55,509 nucleotides of DNA from Phoronis australis (GCA_002633005.1 NMRA01000040.1:808207-863715), one strand, 5' to 3'; positions 12,263 to 24,538 are shown, counted from the stretch's first letter. Numbers and translations are program-made. The notes: generated from the letters alone by a model not told the origin.

Positions 12263-13663
12263 ATGGCGACTAGAAAATTAAGAGAAGAACAAGAGGAAAT
12301 AATCGACAGAGGGTTAGTGTGTTCCATATGTACGGAAATCTTAACAAATCCACGCTCGCTGGAATGTGGACACGACTTCTGTTTGGAGTGTTTAGAGAAT
12401 GACGTAAAGGCCAACTCATGTGGTCGTAAATATCCTTGTCCGAACTGCCGCCGTTCCGTATTAATACCTGCTGGTGGAGCTAAGCAGTTCTTCAGCAATG
12501 TTCTTGTTAAGAATTTGGCAGAGTCAATGAAGCAATTGCAATCGGAGGTTGAGCAATGCAGTCTTTGTTACGAATGTTTGGCTTCATCGGTGTGCATAAC
12601 GTGTGACTACGTGATGTGTGTTTCGTGTAAGAAACGGCACAGAATAGACGCAGGGGGCCACAAAGTAGTCCCTTTTGAAGGAGTAGGTAAAATTCTGAAA
12701 CAGCGACTTCTAAATAAGTTGTCGACTGTCACATCAACCATAAAAAGTCAGTTGAATTTAGACGTAGACAGAACTGCTATATTTGAACGCAGAATCGGTG
12801 ATTTGACAAATGAAGTTGAAGAACTTTTGATCAATGATAGGACGTTTGATATGCTGACATTGGCGAAGAATTTGGATGAATCAATTAATTGTGTGGAAAA
12901 CGAGCTAAAGTGTGTGGTAAGCTCAAGGATGGAAATGAATAAAACTCCATCTGAAGCCAGGGGCGAAGTGGAATTCGACCCTGACAATGAACTTATTAAC
13001 TGTGGAGATCACTTGGGACATTCGGAAACAAGAGAAGTGCTTTATGATTTACTTGCAGCAAATGTTTTGGTATTGTGCGGTCTTATATTATTTCATAACT
13101 TAAACCCATTCAGCTTCTGGGAAGCTCCTGTATATACTTTCGCTGCAAACTGTTTAGTGGGCTTTGGCATGTATACATTATTTTTTAGAATTGCAAAGCA
13201 GTATGATTATTTTCTTCCATTTCTCATAGATATCGTAATCTATCCTTATGAGTCACTGGTTGGCAGGGGGAATGAAAAACAAAATTTGAAAATGGAATGT
13301 TCAAAATGTAGGGGATTTCACTCGGCAATTTTAACGAATTTGTCTCGATATTATGACGTACCACTTAAAAACAATCGTCAAGTGAGACGTATAGTGAAAG
13401 ACGGGAACACGTGGCTTGCAACCGACATGTATGGACTGCGATTGACCTTCTATGCTTGTATCGGTGACAAGATTTACAATATAAACGAACTCATATTTTG
13501 CCATAGAAATGAGGTCCTTAACCTGGTCGATGTTCACACGTTGGTTACGCAGATAAGAAGGTATGATGATCCTGTGTCGCGTTCAGGGGAAGCGGCAACT
13601 AACGCACAAACGCGTATACGGGGGAAAAGAAAAAAGTTTAGAATGAGGACAAACCACCAGTAA
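12263..13663 (+). CDS. TRIM-like E3 ubiquitin ligase: RING-HC, B-box, coiled coil, 2-3 hydrophobic (putative TM) segments, basic C-terminal tail (466 aa)
   Basis: Longest ORF in the window. C3HC4 RING CSIC...CGHDFCLEC...CPNC; TRIM-type post-RING motif FFSNVLVKNL; B-box CSLC...CITC...CVSCKKRH...H; helical stretch; hydrophobic LLAANVLVLCGLILF, VYTFAANCLVGFGMYTLFF, FLPFLIDIVIY. Candidate splice acceptor (ATTTACAG) ~20 nt upstream of the ATG suggests a non-coding 5' exon. Confidence 0.88.
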   Translation: MATRKLREEQEEIIDRGLVCSICTEILTNPRSLECGHDFCLECLENDVKANSCGRKYPCPNCRRSVLIPAGGAKQFFSNVLVKNLAESMKQLQSEVEQCSLCYECLASSVCITCDYVMCVSCKKRHRIDAGGHKVVPFEGVGKILKQRLLNKLSTVTSTIKSQLNLDVDRTAIFERRIGDLTNEVEELLINDRTFDMLTLAKNLDESINCVENELKCVVSSRMEMNKTPSEARGEVEFDPDNELINCGDHLGHSETREVLYDLLAANVLVLCGLILFHNLNPFSFWEAPVYTFAANCLVGFGMYTLFFRIAKQYDYFLPFLIDIVIYPYESLVGRGNEKQNLKMECSKCRGFHSAILTNLSRYYDVPLKNNRQVRRIVKDGNTWLATDMYGLRLTFYACIGDKIYNINELIFCHRNEVLNLVDVHTLVTQIRRYDDPVSRSGEAATNAQTRIRGKRKKFRMRTNHQ

Positions 13664-14467
13664 AACGTGTCAATGAACCGACGAACTGACTTTGGCTTTG
13701 GAATGATCAGAACAGATCATATTAGGGCACTGAATGGTTAGAAGTAGCTTAAACCGAATGGGCGGCTGTATTTGACCCATTTTAGGGCGGGAGTGACCTG
13801 GTGAAACAGTCGGGTACTTAAAAATGTATCCCCGTAAATAAGCCGTCACAACATTGTAGAACTACAGTTTGTGAACAAGCCAAATAGTTCAAAACCGATG
13901 TGAAAGTTTGCAAAAGCATAATGCAACCGATTAACAGAATATTTGTTTCTTCTCTTTCCAAATTCCCTACATTGGCTTTATATTTTCGATGAAAAGTGAT
14001 ATGAATTTACGGCCGACACATTTCACATACTTGTAAAAATTAGCAAAGTCGGAGATTCACATGCGAAATGGACGGTGAATGAATTACCTTAGGTTATACT
14101 ACTATATCGTCGCCAAAACATATTACACCTCTCATGAGGCCTTAGCCAACACGTGTTGAATTTTTTAAAAAGTGGACATTGCCTCCAAGGTTTTCACACA
14201 AAGGTTATGACCGACCCTGCAAGTTTATGCCGAACTTACACATGTGTACATGTACTCATAGAAAGGAACGTGCTTTGGAAGGGAAGTATGATTTTACACT
14301 AAGTTTCTCATTATTATGATATACTCTTTGAATGTATAACTACCATCACATTTTATGTAAATAAATAGAAATAAATGTGGTTTTGAGAATCTTCTGTATC
14401 TGCATTCATTAAAACAGAATAAAAAAGTAAAGTTAAAATTATCAATCATCATTATGCTCCACAAAAG

Positions 14468-15030
14468 GATGACTGACTGACTGACTGAATGGGTGAATGG
14501 GTGAATGACTGATCTTTATTCCGTAAGGATCCCTATTGGAGGTATGGCAGATATAAAACTGCATGGGATTTATACAAGTACTACAAACTACAATTATAAT
14601 CATAGAAAGGCAAGACCAAGAAATAGCTACCTTATACTAACACGTAACATGCAGTGACGCAACAAGACTACAATACAATTTTACGACACTACAAATCTAA
14701 TATACAAGGCTTTTTAACAAACAGACCAGATCTAATCACCACATTTGTGAACGCAACTTTTTTTTTCTCAGTGTCAATATTGGTAAAGTGTTTAAATTCA
14801 GACATACATGTAACCTGTTTAATGAATTTGCAAACTTTACTCACGAAACCAACAGAGGAACTATTTAATATTGCCGAAAAATTGGTAAAAGAGTCTGCGT
14901 TTGCCAAAAATTGTCTTCGGAAGTCCGAGTAATATGGGCACTTTAAAAGACAATGGAATTCACCACTGGCTTCGTGAACTGCAATACACTTGTTGTATAA
15001 CGACTTAGCGTTGTATTCAGATTGTCTGAA
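14468..15030 (-). mobile_element. Degenerate 3' end of a CR1/L2-like LINE
   Basis: Minus strand ends AATAAAG followed by (CATTCACC)/(CAGT)n short tandem repeats, the typical tail form; upstream decayed frame ...PKTIFGKR... resembles LINE ORF2 C-termini. Confidence 0.4.
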
Positions 15031-15749
15031 ATCACATCATCCGAGTAGTGACCCCTGTTGGGTGTAGGGGATTTCGGAAGTTATCCGTAACTCGACAGGA
15101 GGTCATCCATTGAGGTGTCCGCTGTATGTAGCCTCACAGATTGCTGCCTTCAGCTCACGTTATAACGAACAATTCGTGGTCTACGTACCCTTCAACCCAT
15201 AACATATAGTCACGGTGGACGACATGTGACAGAGCCCTCGCTCACTGGATGGGAAAAGCGCTTCTGCCTCCTGGGAGTGAAATCTTTTCAGATGACTCGA
15301 GGGGAAAATGCCCTAGACGGTCGCCATCAATTTCACCCCACGTCCTCCACACGGTTGTCAAGCACTCTCTAAAGTAGTCAAACCAGACCTTTTTTCTTAT
15401 TTCTAAGCTTGCATTGCTTAGAATAGACTCATGACTTATCAGATCATGTGGCTTTTTCTTTGAGTTGGACCAACCCAGACATGAGACACCACGAAAAATT
15501 TCTTTAAACAAGAACTCGTATACAATTATCAATAGCTCTGAAGAGCTATTTTCTGACATACATGAGTAAATATTAAAGCATATACCTACAAAAGCAAGAC
15601 AGATAAAGCAAATATAAAAGTTAAGGTTTACATAAGTTACAATGAGACTGTGATCCACACCATCTACAGTACGTATCTACAGTACGTGTCTGCTGAACTG
15701 TGGAAAATGAAGAGCAGTGTGGGTCTCGTTTTGGGAGATTAGCAGCAGC

Positions 15750-16260
15750 ATACCTAAACGAGTGTTTGCCATACAAATATTAGACGAATAAATGTTTTGA
15801 TACCTAAAAGAATACGAAACTTCACGTTCATCAATGACTTCGTGTAGATAAGAGGAACCTTCATTGTAAAGGAGTTTAAAACATTCTACGGCTATTGCTC
15901 AGAAACGGCGGATATGCCGTGTAAGGTAGATAAGAGCGAGAGCGAGGTCATCATGTGTCGCTGGATTATTAATGTACATAAATCTGAGTGTTCGTTCTTG
16001 ATTTTAGCACTGTTTCAGTACAGAAATGCCACAACAACGGAAAAATCAAAATTTGAGAGAACGAAAAAGTGATAATTGAGAAGTTTGCACTTTTGCATGG
16101 TTTAGACGGTGACCAATGCGTTTGAGGATATGCAGTTATGATGAAGCCTTTTTACAAAGTGAAGTAATGTGAACATCAAAATTAAGTCTATATCCAAGGG
16201 TTACACCCAGATGCTTAACATTATTATTGCATTTGATATCTATGTCACCGTTACTAATTA
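15750..16260 (-). mobile_element. CR1/L2-like reverse transcriptase C-terminal fragment (decayed)
   Basis: Translates ...NNVKHLGVTLGYRLNFDVHITSLCKKASS*, matching the K.LG..D..L.F..HI..LCKKA pattern of late RT/thumb; frame broken downstream. Confidence 0.7.
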
Positions 16261-17253
16261 GTAGAGATGTCAGCTCGTGGTACCAGGACTTCCGTGAATG
16301 ACATTCTTTGCTCAACACAACTCTTGCTGTGACAAACTCGTACCGGGATTTTCCGTATGTAAACCCATGGGCATGTATTCGGAAAACGAAAATTTGCAGG
16401 CGTTTTAGTAACACCAAACAAACGCCATAAAATGCTAAAGTTGTACCTACGTGAGCCTACGCCCCACTACAGCACTGGATATCCCTGATTTGTTACGTAT
16501 TTATTGTTTTAATCCATCTATACGAACACATGTTAAAATTACTTACTTACTGACAATAAAACTCAAGATTTTGCACCATCTCAAGTATTTTGCCTCTACG
16601 GAACGCATACAAGCCAGATGAATGACTCACTTGTTCTCACACATCCATTCCCATGCTATGCAGTTATCTCGTAGGGTATCAGTTGATTTTGAAATCGTAT
16701 CCTCACTTAAACCTTCTTTCATTATATCTCCAGGGTATGGACCTGAGAGATAAAACTAATCTCATAACGGCTGGAGCCTTAGTGACATACATGTAATATT
16801 TTAGAAACGACTAGAAAGTCTAGCTGCTTGTCTTGCTGCTCTGAAAGTAAGTAAAACTAAGCGCTCTATTTCACTGCACTAAGTACAATGTCAACAGATT
16901 TGTACAAGACCCATTGTTGCCAAGAGCTTGCAGGAAATCACATCTATTCTGATGAAGGAACTTTTTGGGACTAATTTTCTGAAGGCAAATGATCTTAATC
17001 AAAAGTTACCTTTTGTAACGGAAGGCGGGTTTATTGCTCGCCGGTAATTCATATCTTTTGTTTTTTTTATTCCGGACGCTTCATATCAGGTCTACATTGC
17101 CGGGAAGAAGGGGGGGGGGTGTCAGGCACTTTTTTATGTTGAAGCCCAAGCACCCAAAACCCCTTTGTTGTTGGTCTTTTTATTTTCGCGGTGGAGGTAC
17201 GCCTCCCGGGTTAGTCGAATTCGGGTTTGTTCGATTTTTCTAGATCCGCCACT

Positions 17254-17966
17254 GTAACACTGACACAAAGAAAATCGAGAGAGGAACAAGAGGAAATTAT
17301 TGACAGGGGTATTGTGTGTCCCATATGTTCTGAAATTTTTACAAATCCACGTTCTCTAAACTGTCGTCACAACTTCTGCTTAGACTGTTTAGAGGCAGAC
17401 GTAAAGGCCAGGTCACGTGATGACATCTACCCTTGTTCGATTTGTCGTCGACCTTTTCATATTCCTCATGGTGGCTTTAAACAGTTCTTCAGCAATGTCC
17501 TTGTCAAAAATTTAGCGGATTCGCTGAAGCTGTATGAAAGTAAAGATATCTGCAGTATTTGCAAACAATATCTCTTCTCCTATATATGTTTAAATTGCGC
17601 ACGGGGCAATCAGTTGCCAGAAGAGAACTTTCAAACTCTAGAGAGACATTCTTCTCAAACAGAACAACCATCAGCACTTCGTCACGGGCGAGTTCTCGGC
17701 TGCCCTACTCGCGCTTATTCTTTGGGTGGACATGGTGGTCTTTTAAAAAATCAGCTCCATATATCACTGCTCTGTTAGTCATTATTTCACTCATATTTTT
17801 TTCGTTGACTACGTTTTGGTACACAGCGTATTTAGTTGGGCACCTAGAGTTTGGCGTCTTTCTAGGAAAGTGGCCCGTAGGGTCGTGGACTCTTGGTCTC
17901 AATGGAGAAGAACGAAGTGGACCTAGGCCTACCGTCTTACGTCATAAGAAGACTGCTTTGCTGTAG
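17254..17966 (+). pseudogene. Truncated, frameshifted tandem paralog of the TRIM-like gene
   Basis: RKSREEQEEIIDRGIVCPICSEIFTNPRSLNCRHNFCLDCLE...YPCSICRR...FFSNVLVKNLA is closely similar to the 12263 ORF. The ATG is absent at the homologous position, the B-box breaks after CLNC, and a hydrophobic segment (ITALLVIISLIFFSLTTFW) lies in another frame. A MITE end abuts at 17253. Confidence 0.75.
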
Positions 17967-18536
17967 TTCAAATTGATGCGGACGCGAGATCCTCGATGTT
18001 TGAACAGATTTTATAGTGAGGCAGTTGCGTGCAGAGTTTTGATGATGCAGGTGACGATTTTTTATCGGATGCCCCTCTCTACTCAAATGCATGGACTCTG
18101 GTTTTAAGACAAGTAAAAACGATGAAATATCAAATAGAAAGTTTATTACATTTAATTACATATCAGTCACAATTTCAAAAAGTATATTCATATTGATCGA
18201 ATGCGTCCCAGCAATGTGGATGACCGGGGCCGTTGCCCCATGCCCCCTCCCAATTTGCGCGCTATTTTAGTGAGGAAATCGTAGTAATTTCCTAAGAATG
18301 GATTTTTAGTTCATCCAGAGAAAACCCAAGGATCATGACGCCGCATTATTAATGCAAGTATATGTCAAGTATCACAAAGAAGAAAGCCGCATTACTTCAG
18401 TACAGCAGATTTTGTTGTCAAAGAAATGCAAAATTTTTGAAGGCCAATTGATTGATTTGCTTGGAGTGTAGAGGAAGTCACTGCATATGACTTACCTCTG
18501 TCACGAGATTACGACTACGATACTATAGACCCAATT

Positions 18537-20553
18537 GACCTATCGCAAGCTCTGCCCCTATGCAAAAAGTCACGTGATACCCGACAGTCGAACGAGATGT
18601 CAGAGGCAAATACACTGTCGCTAAACGACGTTCCTGGTGGAATCGATGAGTCTTTTTGCGCGTTCACGATATGGGAATTTTTAAAGGTGACGATGAAAAA
18701 ATAAATGCTCGAGGAGCCAGCGAAAATCCGAAGAACCCCTCGCCCTCGGCCTCGGGGCCACCTTCAACTGACAAATGCCAAGGCCACTGATACGATATGT
18801 TCATGTAAAGCTGGGTATGTACCTTAAAGTCAAATTATCTGTACTATTCCATAGGTTTCATGATCTTTCGAATAAAATCAGTGAAGATTCACCGATATTT
18901 TTATTCTGTCGTCTGCTAAATTTCGCCAAATGAAAAGTAGGTCACAACTGGTGGGACTCCTGGAGTAAAGTAGGTCATAGATTACAGACAACATATGCAC
19001 TATAGTCTCTGATTAGATCGACTAGATAGCTTTTCTAATCTTGTAACGAAATATTTTGATCAAAAAATTCAGGTTCATAGCTCAGGTACACACTCATCTC
19101 GTTCCGGGGCAAACAGTTATCTCCGGTAGGTCTAGGGCTGTGTCTAAGTAAAATTAATGTCTGGAATTCAGTGGCGGATCTAGGGTACCACAGGGGGGCC
19201 CAACATATGTTGCCTCGTGGAATTGGGCAAAGTGCGATTGTATGTGCACAGGCGGCAAGAAAGTTGCAAGGGCCAGGGATGTAGACCGTTGGACCTTCTG
19301 TTCAGAAAATCTATCGGTGGACTAAAAAACAAGAACACGATTCCGCCGCGATCTGGGGTCTGAGCCCCCCCCCCCTCTTCTGCTACCGATCCTAGTTACT
19401 GAACTCAATATTTCCTCACGCTTTTGCCGTTTCATTTTGCTGGCGGGGGCCCCTGCGCCCCTCCCTCCCCCCTAAATCCGCCTATGGAATTGTCCGTTTG
19501 CACCATTAAGACATTTAAATTAGGCCTACCTTCTTATGAACTTGGAATTTTTTGTAGTTTCATTCCATAAAGGTAGCTTTCATTTAATTTTAAAGGTACC
19601 ATGATCACTAAGTCGTGGTATGGTTACAAAAGATTACAAGTCTGGTGTGGTAGTTGCAAAAATAGGGTATTTACAAAAATAACTCAAATTCTTTTTTAAA
19701 GCTTCATAAATATAAATATCATGTTTGAACAACTCCAAAATGAGCTCTCTCTAACTCTACATACATAGTGTATACTAGAAGTACACGTCAAAAAATAATT
19801 CAACAGTTTATTTTTAGTGACAACAGCTAGACCAAGGCTTTGAGTTCCGGCAGTAATCCAGTGCCCTTCCCTGTGCCGATCGAATCTCTGAATTTTAACC
19901 GGTAGAGTTCAGTTGAACGCCAGCTTACGGTTTATGAATAACAAAAATGTACCTCTGACACGAAACAAAATAATGTCCATTAGGTTGAAATAAATAAAAA
20001 AAAACATAAAATAAAAATGTCCTTGAAAACAACAATTTCCGGGGACTACCGCTAGAGGAGTGCTGAGATCCAGCAGGTGCCGAGACAAAGGCGGCCAGAC
20101 GTAGCCAATTCGGGAGTCAAAATCTGAGATAGCCCTGCACCATAGCCACCAAGCTGAAAAGTGCATACTGTATCTTGGAACTATTATATTTGTGTTTATT
20201 AGAGCCTTCGAGTTATCAAGCAACATCGCTAAGCTCAGCTGCTCGTGTGGCCGTACAGTTTGATCCATGGTTTACGCTTTTCAACATCATCTTTCGGCTT
20301 AGAACATGCCAAAAAATGACGGGATATTATTCTGGAGCAGCATAACGGCTGTCGGTACTACACACATCATATCAACACCGTTTCCCCATTCTTAGCGGAC
20401 AATTTCTTAAGCTATAGACTAAAGTAAGTTTTACTCGACTGCGTGTGGTTTGTCGGGTAAAATGACGGCTTGGAAACGCAGATGAAGGTGTGCCAAGAAT
20501 GCTGCGTTCTGATTGGTCAATTAAGCCGTCCGTCATAATCTTGGCGATAGGTC
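18537..20553. mobile_element. Element 'B': ISL2EU-like internally deleted transposon inserted in the TIR of element A
   Basis: TIR GACCTATCGC(C)AAG at both ends, each flanked by AATT; removing it restores TAGACCCAATTCACGCGGCGG as in A copy 1. Minus strand from ~20388 reads MGKRC*YDVCSTDSRY...KPKDDVEKRKPWIKL..RPHEQL (decayed THAP); plus strand at ~18597 reads MSEANTLSLNDVPG (start of a convergent decayed frame). Confidence 0.8.
19169..19486. mobile_element. GC-rich MITE with 5-bp TSD (GAATT), nested in element B
   Basis: CAGTGGCGGATCTAGGG ... CCCTAAATCCGCCTATG; GAATT on both sides. Confidence 0.8.
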
Positions 20554-21345
20554 AATTCACGCGGCGGACATTAAATTCCAAAGCGAGGCTCACTGCGATA
20601 AACAAAGCGGAAATTTACATTGCGTGAGTTAAATGGCCGGTCTTTGGAGTCCAACTTGAATATTAAATCTTAAAAAATGTGTCAATAATTAACCACAGAG
20701 ACGTAGAAAATACAGTTAAAGAACAAGTCAATGCACCAAAGAGTTGTCTGACGAAAGGATATAATTTTTTTCGGAGACTAGGTTCGAAACATGAAAAGTA
20801 AACATGACCAAATTGCGGCGATCGTAGTGTTACGGATTAGGTATCATCCTGAAAGGGTTACGTTTCTTCTAATAAATTCTTGATAAAAATGCTTTCTACA
20901 CGAACCAGGTCATCTGGTCGTATTGTTGACGAGTTGAAGATATATTTGACAGTGGTGGCTCATAGCATTTTGCTGTCATGTGCATTAGTCACATCTGGTT
21001 TAATTTGTTGATCAAGAGTAGGCTTATAACTTCAAGCACAGCCTAGGTCCTGGTGAGGTAGGGACTACCGGGACTAACAGTTGATTTGTCATTGATCTGA
21101 AATAATACTTGATGCTATTAAATGTATATTTTGATTACGATAAAAAAACAGGCTCGCAATTGAAAATAAAAATTATATGACCATCAATTCTGCTTTCTTG
21201 GTTTTAGTAATTACGTCTATTTCATGTGTTATATTTTTCAAATGTCAATCTCGACCAAGTTGAATTTTAAAATTAAAACACCTAATTCTTTCCTCCAAAG
21301 CATAACCTCGTTTTAGAGCTCAATTTCAGTTAACTGAACAGAACA

Positions 21346-21493
21346 CAGTGGCGGATTTATAGGGGAGCCAAGGGGGCCATGCCCCCCTATAACATTCTCC
21401 CAGATTCCATTTGGCAGTTCAGGAGCGCGAATGTCTAACGGGCTGGCTAATACTCTGCCTTGCCCCCCCAACTCAAATTCCTGGATCCCCCTG
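21346..21493. mobile_element. GC-rich MITE with 5-bp TSD (GAACA/AAACA), nested in element A
   Basis: CAGTGGCGGATTTA ... CTGGATCCCCCTG; the left flank in A copy 1 reads AAACA, matching the right flank. Confidence 0.65.
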
Positions 21494-21682
21494 AAACAAG
21501 CATAGTTATCATGTTTCTTCAGAGGCCTCGTTCATATCCTAGGGGAAAGGTGCCAGTGTGCGGCCGAGAGACGAAGTTTCACCGAGTGACGGGTCAGTGA
21601 AAAATCTGCTGACCTCCCGATCACCATCAATAGCACCCCGCCTTGTTGCAAGCTCTCATAGCTCTGTCTCAAGTAGCATTTT

Positions 21683-21979
21683 CAGTGGCTGATCTAGGAT
21701 ACCGGGGGGACTCCGACATCCTCGGAGAAGCGCGCAAAGCGCGATTGTATGCACGCAGGCGGCTCGGAAGTTGCGGGCTCCGATGATGTATATCTTCTGC
21801 TCAGGAAATCTGTCGTTGGACTACAAAAAAAACGGAACGTGTTTTTCCCCCTCGTCCGCTACCGGTCCTAACTCAGTCAATGATTTCCTCGGCTTCACGA
21901 CGGTTTTGCTGGTTTACCATTTGCTTGCGGCAGTCAAGGGGGGGGCGGGCCCCTAGCCATGCCTTTAAATCCGTCTATG
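21683..21979. mobile_element. GC-rich MITE with 5-bp TSD (ATTTT), nested in element A
   Basis: CAGTGGCTGATCTAGG ... TTTAAATCCGTCTATG; ATTTT on both sides; interior similar to 19169-19486. Confidence 0.75.
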
Positions 21980-24400
21980 ATTTTGTACTTTTTCAAATTG
22001 TCACCTCTGCGGTCACAGGTGATTTGAACCGTTGGAGAGAAATTTTCAATCACTAAGGGAATTCAGTTTAGGCCTCGTGGGGCCGGGAATTTTGCGTGAT
22101 TTTTGGGAATAGGGCCGATATTAGGCCCCAAAATTGAGCCTGAGGGAATGCCGGAGGGCCCTCTCCTTTTTGTAAAGAAAAATGCATCGCGCTTCAACCC
22201 ATAGTCATGAAAACACAGCCTGGCTGCCCGAAGATTCTCCGGTCCTCCATGCCGCGTGATGGCCGCGGCAACCGAGATGCGACAAATTATGATTTGAAAA
22301 CAGTTATAAATTTTACACGGACAGATTTTCCTTCGTCGCGGCGTATGGCAAGGACCCAACGCTTCCGAATCCCAACATCCTTAGGTATTGTAAAACAGAC
22401 AGTTGAGTGTCCGTATTTTTTCTAGCTGTTCGAGCAACGCGGAGTACAACTACGCGGATAAGCCACCAGAGCTATCGTAGCGAGCCTCGTTTTGGAACGC
22501 GCCTCCTGTCGGCGTGAACAGGGTCTATAGGCAACCGGGATAGTCAATGTAAATGCCTAGGCAGAGTTGAAACATTTCGTGGAAAACGCAGCAGATTAAA
22601 GGAGAACACAGGCCTACCCTTATAGGGAAGGTGAGATACAAGACATAGCTGGGCTGATGCCGTTTTCTTTAACAAAATTTTGTCGTTATCTAACACACAT
22701 TTTCCCTAGTAAAATGCTAGCTATTGCACGAGCGATATTTGACGTTGGTATGATTGTTGCAAATGTAAGACTAAGAGTCCGCGTAGAGAATAATGCAGGA
22801 GATTTTTTAATTTGTAAAGCATCATAATAATTATATTTGTCGATTTTAGCCGGTAACTTTAAGAGTAGGCCTACGTTTAAAATACTCCAAATGGTATCGA
22901 TTATGGTTAAGGCCCGCCAGCAGAGCGTTTGACCGCTATCCCAGGAGTTGCAGGTTCGATTAAGCGCTGAGGATAATCTCAGCAAATCACTTTTATGTTC
23001 GACATATATCCCGTGATGAACATAGTTCGTACGTCAGGGAAGCACCGTTTTGTGAATGAGCGTGGCGAAAAAGATAATTTATTACGACGTATAGCAATAG
23101 GACTAGTACATGAAATACAGATCCAGCTGGTGCAAATGGAGGTCAGATGACATGTACAAGCATATTTTATCCGCCTAAAGGATGCCGCCAGGAGAAAAAG
23201 TGCGCATTTCTACTTGCACGTACAAGCAGAATTTTGCACACCTGAGAGACGTGCATGCACTTTTAGGTTTGCGTCAGTCACTATAAAAGTAATACGCCAT
23301 TGTCGCAGAACGACTCTCAAATTTGAACACTCGGGAAGATTTAAGGGGACATTACGGTCGAAAAACGCATGTTGGGATTATTGTTAGAAGGGATTGAATT
23401 CTTGAAATTATTAACTTTGACAAGAGATTTTGTGCTTTGTTTCAAGTCCCCGCTGTCTGCCAGACATTCGCTGAAACCAAGGACTGTGTCCCTATCCAAA
23501 TCGAAATTTATCCCGTATCGCAATGACGTCACCATTTTAATACAGGAAGTAGTTTCTGGCTTGTATTGGAATAAACCATTGGTGTCGTTCCGTTGCTCTT
23601 AAAGTGTTGAAGTGTGCAGGATTTCTTGTGTACTTTGAACTAAACAATATGCAACACAACAAATCAACTTATATATTATAAACACTGTCAACTCAATTAA
23701 AAAAAAAACAATTTCAACACTTGAGCAGTCTTACGTATGAGTACCTGAGCCATACAGGGCTCCCCAATTTGGCGAATTGGGCAAAATGGTCCGCCTCAGT
23801 GAAACAAAAAAGCCAAGTAAACGAGACAAAAGTACAAAAGTCCGCAAAATCAAAATCCATCGGGAAGACGGCGCGGATGCTCAATTCGTGGACCTGAACC
23901 TAGTGGCACCGTTTTTTAGTCCTCGTTGATTTCTTTCACTAAAAGGTCCTCACACCGAAAAATTTGAGCCCCCCTATACTTCAGGCTGGGTGCGCACATG
24001 CAGTGGTCTAACTAGAACCATGGTTTTAGACAATATTGCAAACGTATTAGCAATGACGGACTTTGAAACTAGCTCAGGCGTATCTTGTTTGCCCAGATAT
24101 GAACAATCCAGAACGAACTTTTTAACCATAGAATTGCAAGGTATAAAAATGGTCGCCAATTTCGAGGTTCAACGGCACCTAACTAACCAAATGTAGGGTC
24201 TGTGCGCCTTGGGATAATGGCTGATAAAGCCAAAATGAGTTAGCCGTGTCTACATCTGTATTGTATGCCGAGAAGGCAAATGGCCAGTGATTATTATTCC
24301 GTAGAAAACCCCTGTTGGAGGGATGACAGATATAAAGCATCATGGGATTTAAATAACCATTGCGCCTGGTGCTGTGCTTACGTTGTGGGTCATGAAACAT

Positions 24401-24538
24401 CGCGTTATCCCCGATAGAGCTACTAAGTCTATCAATATAGAGATAGTAATTTTATCGATAAAGTTAATAAGTCTATTGATAGAGATAGTAAGTCTATCGA
24501 TAGAGATAGTAAGTTTATCGATAGAGTTGGTAACGGCG
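24401..24538. repeat. ~21-bp minisatellite (ATCGATAGAGATAGTAAGTYT)
   Basis: About 5-6 degenerate units; explains the periodic SIEIVSL ORF. Confidence 0.75.

Larger units (their letters stand above)
18526..22527. mobile_element. Element 'A' copy 2, both termini present, with nested insertions
   Basis: Termini TAGACCC(AA)TTCACGC / GCGTGAACAGGGTCTA. The paralogous empty site at ~7066-7080 (CGATACTAGGCAACC) vs filled CGATACTA[TAGACCC...GGGTCTA]TAGGCAACC fixes the boundaries to within 1-2 bp. Confidence 0.85.
17941..23418 (+). repeat. Local segmental duplication, copy 2 (interrupted by the 4-kb nested insertion)
   Basis: Direct homology to 6482-8890, broken at 18525/22528. Confidence 0.75.

Noticed and set aside
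22895-22962. tRNA gene candidate (GGTTCGATT B-box); similar weak signal at ~10465-10525
   Set aside because: No consistent cloverleaf; at most degenerate tRNA-derived fragments.
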